From an uncultured Pelagibacteraceae bacterium (lineage in GTDB: Bacteria; Pseudomonadota; Alphaproteobacteria; Pelagibacterales; Pelagibacteraceae), in NCBI GenBank assembly GCA_902596745.1, contig CACJUZ010000002.1, positions 57,545 through 121,544 on the forward strand: a stretch of 64,000 nucleotides of DNA. Reading direction: 5' to 3'. Position numbers and translations under genes: made by a program. This document shows, one piece after another, positions 9,772-19,697 of the stretch. The notes beneath the pieces were generated by a model. It did not search any database and was not told the origin of the DNA. It saw nothing but the letters and a program-made list of their open reading frames with translations. Numbering within the stretch: the first letter of the stretch is position 1; the number at the start of each line of letters is the position of its first letter.

Positions 9772-10491
9772 TTATTTTTTTCCACCACCTTCTAAATATG
9801 CGGCTTGAATATCCTTGTTTTTCAATAGGTCTTGACCGGTTCCCTCTAATGTTACATTTCCGTTAACTAAAACATAACCTCTGTCCGCCAACTCTAAAGC
9901 CTTTTTGGCATTCTGTTCGACTAAGAAAATGGTCACTTTTTTTTCTTTATTTATATTTTTAATTGCCACGAAAATTTGGTTAACAAGTTTTGGAGCTATT
10001 CCTAAAGAAGGCTCATCTAAAAGAAGCATTTTCGGCTTAGCCATCAAAGCTCTGCCTATCGCTAACATTTGTTGCTCACCTCCTGATAATGTTCCTCCCC
10101 TTTGGTTAAGTCTGTCTTTTAAAACTGGAAATAAATCGTAAACATCTTTTACGTCATTATCAAAGTTTTTTCCTTTATCATTTGATGAAGCACCTAATCT
10201 CAAATTATCTTCCACTGATAATCTTGAAAATATTCTTCTTCCTTCAGGAACTTGTGAAATACCCAGGTTAACGATGTCGTGTGGTGGCAAACTTTCAATA
10301 TTTTTATCATCAAATTTTATTTCACCTGTAGCAGCTTTATTTACTCCACTAATTGTCATAAGCAAAGTTGATTTACCCGCTCCATTAGATCCTATTAAAG
10401 AGACAATTTCTCCACTATTCACCTTAACATTTACTCCTCTTAAGGCCTGTATATTTCCATAAAAAGTTTCAACATTAGAAATTGATAACAT
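9772..10491 (-). CDS. livF: LIV-type ABC transporter ATP-binding protein
   Basis: GSNGAGKST, VPEGRRIF, LSGGEQQMLAIGRALM, LVEQNA. Confidence 0.93.
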   Translation of the reverse strand: MLSISNVETFYGNIQALRGVNVKVNSGEIVSLIGSNGAGKSTLLMTISGVNKAATGEIKFDDKNIESLPPHDIVNLGISQVPEGRRIFSRLSVEDNLRLGASSNDKGKNFDNDVKDVYDLFPVLKDRLNQRGGTLSGGEQQMLAIGRALMAKPKMLLLDEPSLGIAPKLVNQIFVAIKNINKEKKVTIFLVEQNAKKALELADRGYVLVNGNVTLEGTGQDLLKNKDIQAAYLEGGGKK

Positions 10492-11285
10492 TATTCCTCC
10501 GTACCTAAATAAGCCTCAATAACTTCAGGACTATTTTTTGTTTCTTTAGCAGATCCTTGGAAAATCTTTTTTCCATAATTTAAAACTACAACATGATCTG
10601 ATATTTCCATTACAACGCTCATATCGTGCTCTATTAGAAGAATGCCTGTTTTTTTTTCATTTTTTATAAATAAAAGTAACTTATTTAACTCAGCGGACTC
10701 TTTAGCATTTAGCCCTGCAGCTGGCTCATCTAAACATAACAAGTGTGGATTAATACACATAGCTCTTACAATTTCTAATTTTCTTTGATCCCCGTAAGGT
10801 AAATCACCAGCATCGTCGTCTGCTCTATGCGTTAAACCAATTATATCTAACCAGTATTTTGAAATTTCTACTGCTTCTCTCTCTTTTTTTACAAAAGAAG
10901 GTGAGTTGAATAATCCAAGAATAGTAAAACCAGACGCATCCATTAATTTGTTGTGCTGAGCAACCATAAGGTTTTCCAAAACTGACATTTGTGGGAAAAG
11001 CCTTATGTTTTGAAAAGTTCTGGCAACTCCAGCTTTTTGTGCCACTTTAAAATCAGAAAATTTTCTTAAGTTTAATCTTTCATTTTCTTTATTTAAAAAC
11101 ATTGAGCCAGCAGTGGCCTTATAAAAACCTGTTAAGCAATTAAATACGGTTGTTTTGCCTGCACCATTTGGACCTATTATTGAAGTAATTTTATCTTTAT
11201 CAGCAGAAAAAGACAAATTATCAATAGCCACTAGACCTCCAAATTTCATTGTTAAGTTTTCTACATCTAATAATTTTTGACTCAT
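10491..11285 (-). CDS. livG: LIV-type ABC transporter ATP-binding protein
   Basis: GPNGAGKTT, RTFQNIRLF, LPYGDQRKLEI, IEHDM, AYLG. Confidence 0.93.
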   Translation of the reverse strand: MSQKLLDVENLTMKFGGLVAIDNLSFSADKDKITSIIGPNGAGKTTVFNCLTGFYKATAGSMFLNKENERLNLRKFSDFKVAQKAGVARTFQNIRLFPQMSVLENLMVAQHNKLMDASGFTILGLFNSPSFVKKEREAVEISKYWLDIIGLTHRADDDAGDLPYGDQRKLEIVRAMCINPHLLCLDEPAAGLNAKESAELNKLLLFIKNEKKTGILLIEHDMSVVMEISDHVVVLNYGKKIFQGSAKETKNSPEVIEAYLGTEE

Positions 11286-12556
11286 TTTGATGAACTCTTT
11301 TCCAATGTTATTGTTGGTTTTCTTGTTGCTAAAATTCCTCTTGGTCTAAAAATCATGATTAGAACCATGGCACCACCAAATGCGATCATCCTATAAGACT
11401 CGAAGTCCCTAAAAACTTCAATTAGTCCAATTAAGAAAACAGTAGCTAATACAACCCCAGTCTGCGAACCCATTCCTCCAAGAACCACTATTGCAACTAT
11501 TATAGCTGACTCGATAAAAGTAAAACTTTCAGGGCTTATAAATGCTTGTCTTGTTGCGAAGAATGAACCAGCAAATCCTCCAAACATTGCTCCGATGGCG
11601 AAGGCAGTAAGTTTTGTATTTCTTGGATTAACGCCTAATGATTTGCATGCTATTTCATCTTCTCTTAAAGCTTCCCAAGCTCTTCCGATCGGCAGTCTTC
11701 TTATCTTAATTGTAAAAAGATTGGTAATTAAGGCTAAAACCAGAATTAGATAATATAAGAAAATAATTCTTTGCATTGGATCATACTCAACACCAAAAAA
11801 AGTATGAAATGTTTGCTCTCCTTCGTCCGGAAAACTTTTAAAAGGCAAACCAAAGAAAGAAGGTCTTGGTATTCCTGTTAGTCCATCTGGACCTTTTGTA
11901 AGTTGGTACCAATTTAAAAGTAAAATTCTGATCATTTCACCAAAAGCAAGAGTTACAATTGCTAAATAATCTCCTCTTAATCTTAAGACCGGGAAACCTA
12001 AAAGAACCCCAAACATGGCTGCAAATATTCCGGCTATTGGTAAACAAATCCAAAATGACCAACCAAAATGAATTGCGAACAATGCATACGAATATGCGCC
12101 TACTGCGTAAAATGCAACATATCCTAAATCTAATAAACCTGCTAAACCAATTACAATATTTAAGCCCCAGCCAAGCATTATGTAAGTCAACATCATGATG
12201 GCGATATCCATGAGGTACCTATCTGTAAAAGGAAGGAAAGGAAAAATTACTGAAAATATTATTGCTGTTAAAGCTATTTGATAACCTTTTGTATCTAGAA
12301 AGTTACTAATTGATTTACCTATGCTTGATTGAATTCCAGTTTTTTGATCTCGATTGTAAACGTATAGATTTGTGAGGAATCTTCCTACAGCACATACTAT
12401 GACTATGATTAAAACAATTAACCATTTAGGATGAACTTCAAGAACTTCATTTTTTGCAACTGTCCTTAAACCTACAATCGGACCAAAAAGTGCGAGAGCT
12501 ATTAAACCTGTGAATAAACTGTCTTTAATTGACGTCTGAAAAAATTTTTTTTCCAT
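11282..12556 (-). CDS. livM: LIV-type ABC transporter permease
   Basis: GLNIVIGLAGLLDLGYVAFYAVGAY, LRLRGDYLAIVTL, GRAWEALREDEIA; start moved to ATG 12556, just after the livH stop. Confidence 0.92.
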   Translation of the reverse strand: MEKKFFQTSIKDSLFTGLIALALFGPIVGLRTVAKNEVLEVHPKWLIVLIIVIVCAVGRFLTNLYVYNRDQKTGIQSSIGKSISNFLDTKGYQIALTAIIFSVIFPFLPFTDRYLMDIAIMMLTYIMLGWGLNIVIGLAGLLDLGYVAFYAVGAYSYALFAIHFGWSFWICLPIAGIFAAMFGVLLGFPVLRLRGDYLAIVTLAFGEMIRILLLNWYQLTKGPDGLTGIPRPSFFGLPFKSFPDEGEQTFHTFFGVEYDPMQRIIFLYYLILVLALITNLFTIKIRRLPIGRAWEALREDEIACKSLGVNPRNTKLTAFAIGAMFGGFAGSFFATRQAFISPESFTFIESAIIVAIVVLGGMGSQTGVVLATVFLIGLIEVFRDFESYRMIAFGGAMVLIMIFRPRGILATRKPTITLEKSSSK

Positions 12557-12557
12557 A

Positions 12558-13475
12558 TTAAACCTTTTCAATATCTGGTTTTCCTAAAAAACCAGTTGGG
12601 AAAAAGATTAATACAACAACTAAAACTGTAAACGCTGCAATATCTTTATATTCAATTGAAATATATCCTGACCAAAATACTTCGATTAAACCTATTAATA
12701 ATCCACCAAGCATTGCACCAGGAACAGATCCAATCCCACCTAATACTGCAGCTGTAAATGCCTTGATACCTGCTAAAAATCCTATGTAAAAATCTATTAC
12801 GCCATAATACATAACGAACATCATCCCAGCTACCGATGCTAAGGAAGAACCAATTATAAATGTAATTGAAATAGTTCTATCTACATTAATTCCCATTAAT
12901 GCAGTCATTGTTCTATCTTGCTCACAAGCTCGTTGTGCTCTTCCCAAAGCAGTTTTAGTAATTAATAAAGTAAAGATTGCCATTAAAACTATTGTCACTA
13001 ACACTATAAAAATTTGAAGATAACTCAAAGAAACTGTAAATCCTGTATCTTCCATAAAAGTAAATCCACCTTGAATAACAGGTTGCAACGTTTTAATTCT
13101 AGCTCCTTGTGCAGCTTGAACATAATTTTGCAATACTATTGACATTCCTAAAGCAGAAATAAGAGGAGCAAGTCTAAAAGATTTTCTCAATGGTTTATAA
13201 GCTAATTTCTCAACAGTCCAACCGTAACAAGCTGTAAATACCATAGCAATTAGTAAAGTAAGTAACAAAACTATTGGTAGAGCAATACTGGTAAGTGCGA
13301 AAAGAATAAAAGATATTAAAGCAATAAACGCTCCTACCATAAAAATATCTCCATGAGCAAAATTAATCATTCCGATTATGCCGTAAACCATGGTGTAACC
13401 AATAGCTATCAAACCATAAACCGAGCCTAGTGTTACTCCGTTTATTAACTGTTGTAAGAAATATGCTGTATCCAT
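12558..13475 (-). CDS. livH: LIV-type ABC transporter permease
   Basis: QQLINGVTLGSVYGLIAIGYTMVYGIIGMINFAHGD, KAFTAAVLGGIG. Confidence 0.93.
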   Translation of the reverse strand: MDTAYFLQQLINGVTLGSVYGLIAIGYTMVYGIIGMINFAHGDIFMVGAFIALISFILFALTSIALPIVLLLTLLIAMVFTACYGWTVEKLAYKPLRKSFRLAPLISALGMSIVLQNYVQAAQGARIKTLQPVIQGGFTFMEDTGFTVSLSYLQIFIVLVTIVLMAIFTLLITKTALGRAQRACEQDRTMTALMGINVDRTISITFIIGSSLASVAGMMFVMYYGVIDFYIGFLAGIKAFTAAVLGGIGSVPGAMLGGLLIGLIEVFWSGYISIEYKDIAAFTVLVVVLIFFPTGFLGKPDIEKV

Positions 13476-13483
13476 ATTAAAGT

Positions 13484-14242
13484 TTAAAATTTTTTAAAGA
13501 TGCTATTTAAAACTTTTTGTTGGACTTTGTAAAATTTCTTTTTTTTGAGCTCTTTAAGTACGTAAGCATTGGTTCCCCCTGGGGTTTGAGATTCTAGTAC
13601 CAGTTGTTTTAAAGAAATTTTATTTTTGTTCATTGCATCCTCAGACAGGGCCAAAAAAAGTTCTCTTGTATAATTCTCTGCCTTATTTCTTTTTATTCCT
13701 TTAGAGACCAACCAACTACTAGTCTCATTTAACAAATTATAAAAGGAAGCCATAAAAGACGAAGTTGCCCAAAAACTTTTGGATGTATTTTCACTTTTTA
13801 ATTCTATTACTTTCCCCAAGTATTTAAAAAAATTTTTTAATTTATTGTCGTTTGGACAAATTATAATTGGTCCCTTTCTCATTCCTATAAAAGGCAAAGG
13901 AATTACTCTTGAGATATTTTTGTTTTTTGTAATTTTTTTTAATCTGTTTATATTAATTGTAGAAATCAAACTTATTATTTTTTTAGATTTATTGAATCTT
14001 AAATTTTTCAATATTTTATTTCCTACATTTGGAGTTACAGCCAAGAAAACCCACGAAGAGCTATCTATTACTTGTTGATTGTTATTTGAAACAATCACTT
14101 TTTTAAATCTTTTACTTAATTTTTTTGATATCAGTTTATTTCGAGGGGAGATGTAAATTTTTTTGATTTTAAGTTTTGATTTAAAAATACCTTCTATGAT
14201 TGAAGATGTAATATGACCAGAGCCTAAAAATCCTATATTCAT
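13484..14242 (-). CDS. proC: Pyrroline-5-carboxylate reductase family protein
   Basis: IGFLGSGHI Rossmann start, FLAVTP, C-terminal QTPGGTN. Confidence 0.8.
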   Translation of the reverse strand: MNIGFLGSGHITSSIIEGIFKSKLKIKKIYISPRNKLISKKLSKRFKKVIVSNNNQQVIDSSSWVFLAVTPNVGNKILKNLRFNKSKKIISLISTININRLKKITKNKNISRVIPLPFIGMRKGPIIICPNDNKLKNFFKYLGKVIELKSENTSKSFWATSSFMASFYNLLNETSSWLVSKGIKRNKAENYTRELFLALSEDAMNKNKISLKQLVLESQTPGGTNAYVLKELKKKKFYKVQQKVLNSIFKKF

Positions 14243-14247
14243 AAATA

Positions 14248-15321
14248 ATGCAGAATAACCAGTCTATACCAATTAATAAAGAAAATTTTAAACTGATTTT
14301 TTCAAAAGAATTTGTTCTAGTAATAATATTTTCAATACCTGCAGCATTTACTGCAGAATATTTTAATATTCCATTAGCGTGGTTTTTGGGTCCAATGATT
14401 ATTACGTCTTTAATGTCTCTTTTTGGTTTAAAACTCGTAATGCCAAGATTAGTCCTAAGTATTATACTAATTTTACTTGGTCTCTATATTGGAAACTATA
14501 TTGACAAAAATCTATTTTCACAAATGCATCAATGGATTTGGACTTCTTTAATAATGTTGGGGTACATCATTCTAAGTGTTTTATTAGTTTCAAAATATCT
14601 GGAAAAATTTTCTGGATATGAAAAAAAAACGTCAATTTTTTCTGCGGCTCCAGGAGCTTTGGGTCCGCTTCTAATTTTAGCTGAGGATGAAAAATCTGAT
14701 CTCAGTCAAGTTGCTACCTCACATTTAATAAGATTAATTATTATTATTACTGTGTTTCCATTTGTTGTAGATAGTCTTTATGGTCAAAATAGAATGGAAA
14801 AGATAGATGAAGTTCTTGATCAAAATACTTACGAATTATTAATTTTAATTGTTTTATCTTTATTAATTATTTTTATTTTTGATAAAATAAAAGTCCCAGC
14901 AGCACTTTTAGCTGGCACACTTGTTGCTAGTGGACTATTACAGATTACTGAAGTTGCAAGCTATAAACTGTCTCCTGGTATAATTGATTTTTGTTTATTA
15001 ATACTTGGATCATCAGTAGGCTGTAGATTTGCCAATAAAACATTTGGTGAAATTGGAAAAAATGCATTACATAGTTTTGTCGCTACTTTTTTTTTAGTCG
15101 TATTAGGTCTTTTAGCTGCTTATGTAGCAAGTTTAGTGATAGACAAAAATTTCTTTACTCTACTATTATCCTATTGCCCCGGTGGAATTTATGAAGTTGC
15201 AGTAATTGCTATTTTTTTTGATCTAGACCCAGAATTTGTATCTTTTCACCACATTATTAGATTACTAATGATCTTGTTCATTGTGCCAGTAATCTTGCGG
15301 TTAATGCAAAAAAAAACCTAA
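14248..15321 (+). CDS. AbrB-family membrane protein
   Basis: Two internal repeats with PLAWFLGPM / PAALLAG, APGALG / CPGGIYEV, HLIRL / HIIRL. Confidence 0.85.
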   Translation: MQNNQSIPINKENFKLIFSKEFVLVIIFSIPAAFTAEYFNIPLAWFLGPMIITSLMSLFGLKLVMPRLVLSIILILLGLYIGNYIDKNLFSQMHQWIWTSLIMLGYIILSVLLVSKYLEKFSGYEKKTSIFSAAPGALGPLLILAEDEKSDLSQVATSHLIRLIIIITVFPFVVDSLYGQNRMEKIDEVLDQNTYELLILIVLSLLIIFIFDKIKVPAALLAGTLVASGLLQITEVASYKLSPGIIDFCLLILGSSVGCRFANKTFGEIGKNALHSFVATFFLVVLGLLAAYVASLVIDKNFFTLLLSYCPGGIYEVAVIAIFFDLDPEFVSFHHIIRLLMILFIVPVILRLMQKKT

Positions 15322-15337
15322 TTTTAACCTCTCATTT

Positions 15338-15366
15338 TTGACATTAATTAAAATTTAGAGTTAAAT
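15338..15366 (+). promoter_or_regulatory. Sigma70-type promoter for the DoxX gene, probably leaderless
   Basis: TTGACA-17 bp-TTAAAT, ending 5 nt before ATG 15372. Confidence 0.6.
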
Positions 15367-15371
15367 TTGTT

Positions 15372-15758
15372 ATGGCAAATTTTTTTGATCTGATTGGAAG
15401 AATAATGATTTCGGCTATTTTTTTATTTAGCGGAATTAACAAAATCTTTAATTATGATGGTACTGTAGGCTGGATGGAAGGTTTCGGTATACCTGGATTT
15501 TTATTAGTTCCAGCAATTATAATTGAAATATTATTCCCGCTTATGGTTATTATTGGGTACCAAACTAGAATTGCTGCAGGAGGTCTTTTGCTATTTTCTT
15601 TATTAACTGCTTTTATTTTTCACTTAGATTTTTCTAACCAAATGCAGGTAATTGCATTCCTTAAAAATATTGGTCTTGCTGGTGGGATGTTATTTTTGGT
15701 AATTCATGGTGCTAAAGATTTTTCTATGGAGAAGAAAAAAAAATACGTTCGTTTATAA
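15372..15758 (+). CDS. DoxX-family membrane protein
   Basis: GRIMISAIFLFSGINK, IGYQTRIAA, FLKNIGLAGG. Confidence 0.9.
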   Translation: MANFFDLIGRIMISAIFLFSGINKIFNYDGTVGWMEGFGIPGFLLVPAIIIEILFPLMVIIGYQTRIAAGGLLLFSLLTAFIFHLDFSNQMQVIAFLKNIGLAGGMLFLVIHGAKDFSMEKKKKYVRL

Positions 15759-15763
15759 AAAAT

Positions 15764-17263
15764 CTATTTTTTTTTAAAATAACTATTATATATTTGCCAA
15801 AATACAATAAACAAAATAGTTATCATAATACATAATGTTAACGGCCTATCCCAAAGAAACGCCCATGAGCCATCACTTATCAGTAATGATCTCCTCAGGT
15901 TTTCTTCCATCAAACCTCCTAATACAAACGCTAATATTAAAGGTGGCATAGGAAATTCGTATAAGCGTAAAATGGTTGCTACAACAGCTATTCCTATCAT
16001 TAAATAAATATCAAAATTGTTAAAAGACATTAAATAAATACCAGTAACTGAAAAAAATAAAATAAGAGGAATTAAAAAAGCCCTTGGCACTGCTAAAATT
16101 CTAGCTATGTATGGAATCAGAGGTAGGTTTAGAATTAATAAAATTACCATTCCGATATACATTGACATTATTACTGACCAAAAAATTTCAGGATTGGTTT
16201 GGTAAAGTCTTGGCCCTGGCTGTATACCAAACCCTAGTAAAGCTCCTAGCATAACAGCAGTGGTACCACTGCCAGGAATACCAAGTGTTAATAAAGGAAC
16301 GAAAGAACCAGAGCAAGCTGCGTTATTTGCTGTCTCTGGTGCAGATAAACCGTTAACACTGCCTTTTCCAAATTTTTGTTTCTCTTCATCCTTAACAAAA
16401 TTTCTTTCCATTCCATAAGCTAAAAAAGAAGCAATAGTTGAACCTGCTCCAGGTAGTACACCAACTATAAAGCCAATTATTGAAGACCGAGGTATAGTTG
16501 TAACCATTTTTTTTGTTTCTTCTTTATCAAGTCTTATTGATCCAAGTTTTGATAATGAAATTTGTTTCGCAGCTTGTGTCGGATCGCTACCTTTAAAAAT
16601 AATTGAAAGAGCTTCACTCATTGCAAATGTAGCCATAACTACAAGTACGAAACTTATACCATCTGCTAAATTCATATTATTAAAAACAAATCTTGGTATA
16701 TCCGATAAGGTATCTTGTCCTACTGAAGCTAACATTAATCCTAGCACAACCATCATCATTGCTTTTAAAAAATGCCCTTTTGCAGAAAATGCTGATACTG
16801 CGGTCAAACCTAAAATCATAAGACCAAAATAATCTGGAGATCTAAAAGCTAAACTTACTTTTGACAAACTAGGTGCAGCGAACAATAAAAAAATTGCTGC
16901 GATCGTGCCTCCAGCAAATGAACTATAAGCTGCGATTGCTAACGCTTTACCAGCTTTACCTTGTTGAGCCATTGGATAACCATCAAAAGATGTGGCTACA
17001 GTTCCTGGTATTCCGGGAGCGTTGATTAATATTGATGATGTTGAACCACCAAAAACTGCACCGTAATAAACCCCCGCCATCAAAATTAATCCGGTTGAAG
17101 GTTCAAAACCATAAGTGATCGGTATCATTAAAGCTATCGCTGTCATAGGTCCCAATCCTGGAAGCATTCCAATTATAGTTCCAGCAAAGCACCCTATCAT
17201 CACCATAATGATATTTTTTATTGACAGCGCGGTATTTAAACCGATAAGAATTCCTTCAATCAT
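15764..17263 (-). CDS. tctA: Tripartite tricarboxylate transporter, large membrane subunit
   Basis: GMLPGLG, YYGAVFGGS..SILINAPG, DGYPMAQQG, PETANNA, PLLTLGIPGS. Confidence 0.93.
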   Translation of the reverse strand: MIEGILIGLNTALSIKNIIMVMIGCFAGTIIGMLPGLGPMTAIALMIPITYGFEPSTGLILMAGVYYGAVFGGSTSSILINAPGIPGTVATSFDGYPMAQQGKAGKALAIAAYSSFAGGTIAAIFLLFAAPSLSKVSLAFRSPDYFGLMILGLTAVSAFSAKGHFLKAMMMVVLGLMLASVGQDTLSDIPRFVFNNMNLADGISFVLVVMATFAMSEALSIIFKGSDPTQAAKQISLSKLGSIRLDKEETKKMVTTIPRSSIIGFIVGVLPGAGSTIASFLAYGMERNFVKDEEKQKFGKGSVNGLSAPETANNAACSGSFVPLLTLGIPGSGTTAVMLGALLGFGIQPGPRLYQTNPEIFWSVIMSMYIGMVILLILNLPLIPYIARILAVPRAFLIPLILFFSVTGIYLMSFNNFDIYLMIGIAVVATILRLYEFPMPPLILAFVLGGLMEENLRRSLLISDGSWAFLWDRPLTLCIMITILFIVFWQIYNSYFKKK

Positions 17264-17730
17264 CCAATTATTCCTAAATATTTTAAAAGTGGGTCACGTA
17301 GATAAATGTCTAATAAACCGTGTAAAAGAAACATAAAGATTGCAACAAAAGGAAAGGATAGCGTAAAAACCCAAAACCATCTTTTTTCTCCAAGGGTTAT
17401 GTAAGACAGAACCAAAAAAATTGAGGTAGAAAGAAAATATCCTGCTTTTAAAATAGTAACTCCATAAATTATCATTAAAACGACAAGTGCAATTGTCCTT
17501 TTATAATCTAAGACTGAAAGATTAACATTTGCAGGTCTTTTCTCAGGTAAAGCAATATAGAGACCTGAAAAGAAAATTCCTGCGTAACCTAATAAAATTG
17601 GAAAAGTTTTCGCATTAAAAGGAGCGTTTTCATCAAAGGCAAAAACTCTAATTTGATATGCGTGATATAAATAAAATCCTGAAAAAACAAAGAAGAGCAG
17701 TGAAATAATCTTAACTGGACTTATTTGCAC
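17260..17730 (-). CDS. tctB: Tripartite tricarboxylate transporter, small membrane subunit
   Basis: 4-TM protein between tctC and tctA; GTG start with GGAGGAG RBS. Confidence 0.82.
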   Translation of the reverse strand: MQISPVKIISLLFFVFSGFYLYHAYQIRVFAFDENAPFNAKTFPILLGYAGIFFSGLYIALPEKRPANVNLSVLDYKRTIALVVLMIIYGVTILKAGYFLSTSIFLVLSYITLGEKRWFWVFTLSFPFVAIFMFLLHGLLDIYLRDPLLKYLGIIG

Positions 17731-17753
17731 TGCTCCTCCTAATTAGTAAGTAA

Positions 17754-18734
17754 TTAAATTACTCCAAGTTTTTTCATTAGAGCTGTCATCTCTTTAGTTT
17801 GTGTTTTTAAAAACTTCACAAACTTTTTGTCTGGATTATAGATATTAACCCAAGCATTTCTTTTTCTAACAGCTTCCCATTCTGGAGTTTTTTGAACATC
17901 ACCTAACATTTTTGCTATTTTCTTTTTATCTGCACTACTCATGTTTGGTGGACCAAAGAATCCTCTCCAGTTTACGAACTGAACATCAAAGCCTTGTTCT
18001 TTAAGCGTTGGTACTTCTGGAGCATCTGCAACTCTACTAGGTGCAGTGATACCAATTATTCTTACTTGGTCTCGTGCTCCCATTACTTCTCCCAAACCAG
18101 TTGAAAGAATTTGAGTTTCTCCTGAAAGTAAACCTGCTAATGCTTTTCCGCCAGCATCGTAAGGTACGTATACAACTTTATTTGGATCAGCTCCTGCTTC
18201 TTGGAAAGCTAAAGCACCAATCAAATGGTCCATGCTTCCTCTTACAGATCCACCAGCCATCTTAACAGATTTTGGATTAGATTTATAAGCAGCAACTACA
18301 TCTTTAAAGTTTTTGTACGGTGAATTTTTTGCAACAGCGATTGCACCATAGTCACCTATTACTCCAGCTATAGGTACAACATCTTTGTATGACAAAACGC
18401 CACTACCACTCACGTAACCTTTGTGTCTTGTGATTGATCTTAATACTAAAGGTGTTGATTGAACTAATACTGTACCAGTTGGTTTAGTATTAATCATGAA
18501 TGATAAAGCTTTACCTCCACCACCACCTGACATATTTTCGAATGACGCGCTTTTTAAGAAACCAGCTTTTGTAAGCGCTTCTCCAGTTCCTCTAGCAGTT
18601 CCATCCCAACCACCACCAGCTCCACCGCCAATTACAAAGTGTAATTTGTCGATAGCAAAACTAGTTGATGAGACTGAAGTTAAAAGAACGGTAGCAAATA
18701 CAAGACTGATAAGTTTTTTAAATTTACTTAACAT
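17754..18734 (-). CDS. tctC: Tripartite tricarboxylate transporter substrate-binding protein (TctC/Bug)
   Basis: Signal peptide; GAGGGWDGTAR, ENMSGGGGG, VPTLKEQG, VNWRGFFGPP. Confidence 0.92.
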   Translation of the reverse strand: MLSKFKKLISLVFATVLLTSVSSTSFAIDKLHFVIGGGAGGGWDGTARGTGEALTKAGFLKSASFENMSGGGGGKALSFMINTKPTGTVLVQSTPLVLRSITRHKGYVSGSGVLSYKDVVPIAGVIGDYGAIAVAKNSPYKNFKDVVAAYKSNPKSVKMAGGSVRGSMDHLIGALAFQEAGADPNKVVYVPYDAGGKALAGLLSGETQILSTGLGEVMGARDQVRIIGITAPSRVADAPEVPTLKEQGFDVQFVNWRGFFGPPNMSSADKKKIAKMLGDVQKTPEWEAVRKRNAWVNIYNPDKKFVKFLKTQTKEMTALMKKLGVI

Positions 18735-18751
18735 TTGTTTCCCCCATTGTT

Positions 18752-18794
18752 TGTTAATTATTATGATTAAAAATAATTAATGAGTAAGAGTCAA
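18752..18794 (-). promoter_or_regulatory. tctC promoter plus TAATTAACA leader motif
   Basis: Minus strand TTGACT(18794-18789)-17 bp-TTTAAT(18771-18766), then TAATTAACA upstream of the GGGGGA RBS. Confidence 0.6.
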
Positions 18795-18800
18795 TATGAT

Positions 18801-19697
18801 TTAATGGAAAAAAGTTCCTCTAATTCTTAACAGTTCTCTAGATAACCCAGAATGCTCTTTGAAAGCTTTTCTCCCGTGTAGCCAGAAATAGTTGTTTGAA
18901 AAAATAGTAGAACCTACTGGTAAAGGAAAAACTATTTTGTTTTTGCTCTCTTCCAAAGCATCAGACAATTTTTGTAAGAATAAACCTTGTTGCATATTTT
19001 TAGGCTCAGGAAATTGATCAATATAAGAAATAATAGGTTTGCCTTTCTCATCATTAGAAAATACTGGGTGCTCAACTTTATAATCTACATTTTTACTCTT
19101 GGGCGAGCTCCAAATAAAATTTTGTCTTCCTATTGGATCTTTGCTTAAATCTTCTAAATATTCCCAGTCATCTAGGTGTAATATCACACTCTCTCCTCCT
19201 GATACGTTTTGTTCCTCCATCTTAGTCATTATTAACCAGTCTGTTTTCTCTTTTACGTAGGTTCCGTCTGTATGAAGATCTAAATTGTTATATGCTTTTC
19301 GTAAATAAGAGTCGCTTTGATCTACATGTTTCACCTCAAATCTTGCATAATATTTACCTGACATAGAATCAAAATTAGGAGTGCCCACAAGATAAGCTAA
19401 AGATGTTGAAAGTTTAACTAAAAATTCTTTATCAAATTTATTGTTTTTTATCTCAGGTTCAATAATTGCTGTTCCTGAATTTCTGTCATTAAGAACTTTG
19501 TTAAGTTGTTTGCTTAATTCATTTTTAAATAATTCATCTAAACTTTTAGCAATGGTAAACCTTGTAAAGGGTTTGTACTCTAATGATGTAATGGAGTGTT
19601 TTTTAAATGGAAATACCAATCTATCTAAATCTTCTTCGGGTATTTTTATAACCTTTACTCTTTTAGAATTCTTATGATCTTCAATTTTTAAACTCAT
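18801..19697 (-). CDS. glaH: Glutarate 2-hydroxylase (Fe(II)/2-oxoglutarate dioxygenase, CsiD/GlaH)
   Basis: LEYKPFTRF, NFDSMSGKYYARF, DSYLRKAY, LHTDGTYV (HxD), NNYFWLHGR, RELLRIRG. Confidence 0.9.
   Translation of the reverse strand: MSLKIEDHKNSKRVKVIKIPEEDLDRLVFPFKKHSITSLEYKPFTRFTIAKSLDELFKNELSKQLNKVLNDRNSGTAIIEPEIKNNKFDKEFLVKLSTSLAYLVGTPNFDSMSGKYYARFEVKHVDQSDSYLRKAYNNLDLHTDGTYVKEKTDWLIMTKMEEQNVSGGESVILHLDDWEYLEDLSKDPIGRQNFIWSSPKSKNVDYKVEHPVFSNDEKGKPIISYIDQFPEPKNMQQGLFLQKLSDALEESKNKIVFPLPVGSTIFSNNYFWLHGRKAFKEHSGLSRELLRIRGTFFH

Noticed and set aside
14248-15321. Possible 'ammonia monooxygenase' label
   Set aside because: This family is often mislabelled that way; the protein is an AbrB-type duplicated membrane protein and no amoCAB genes are present
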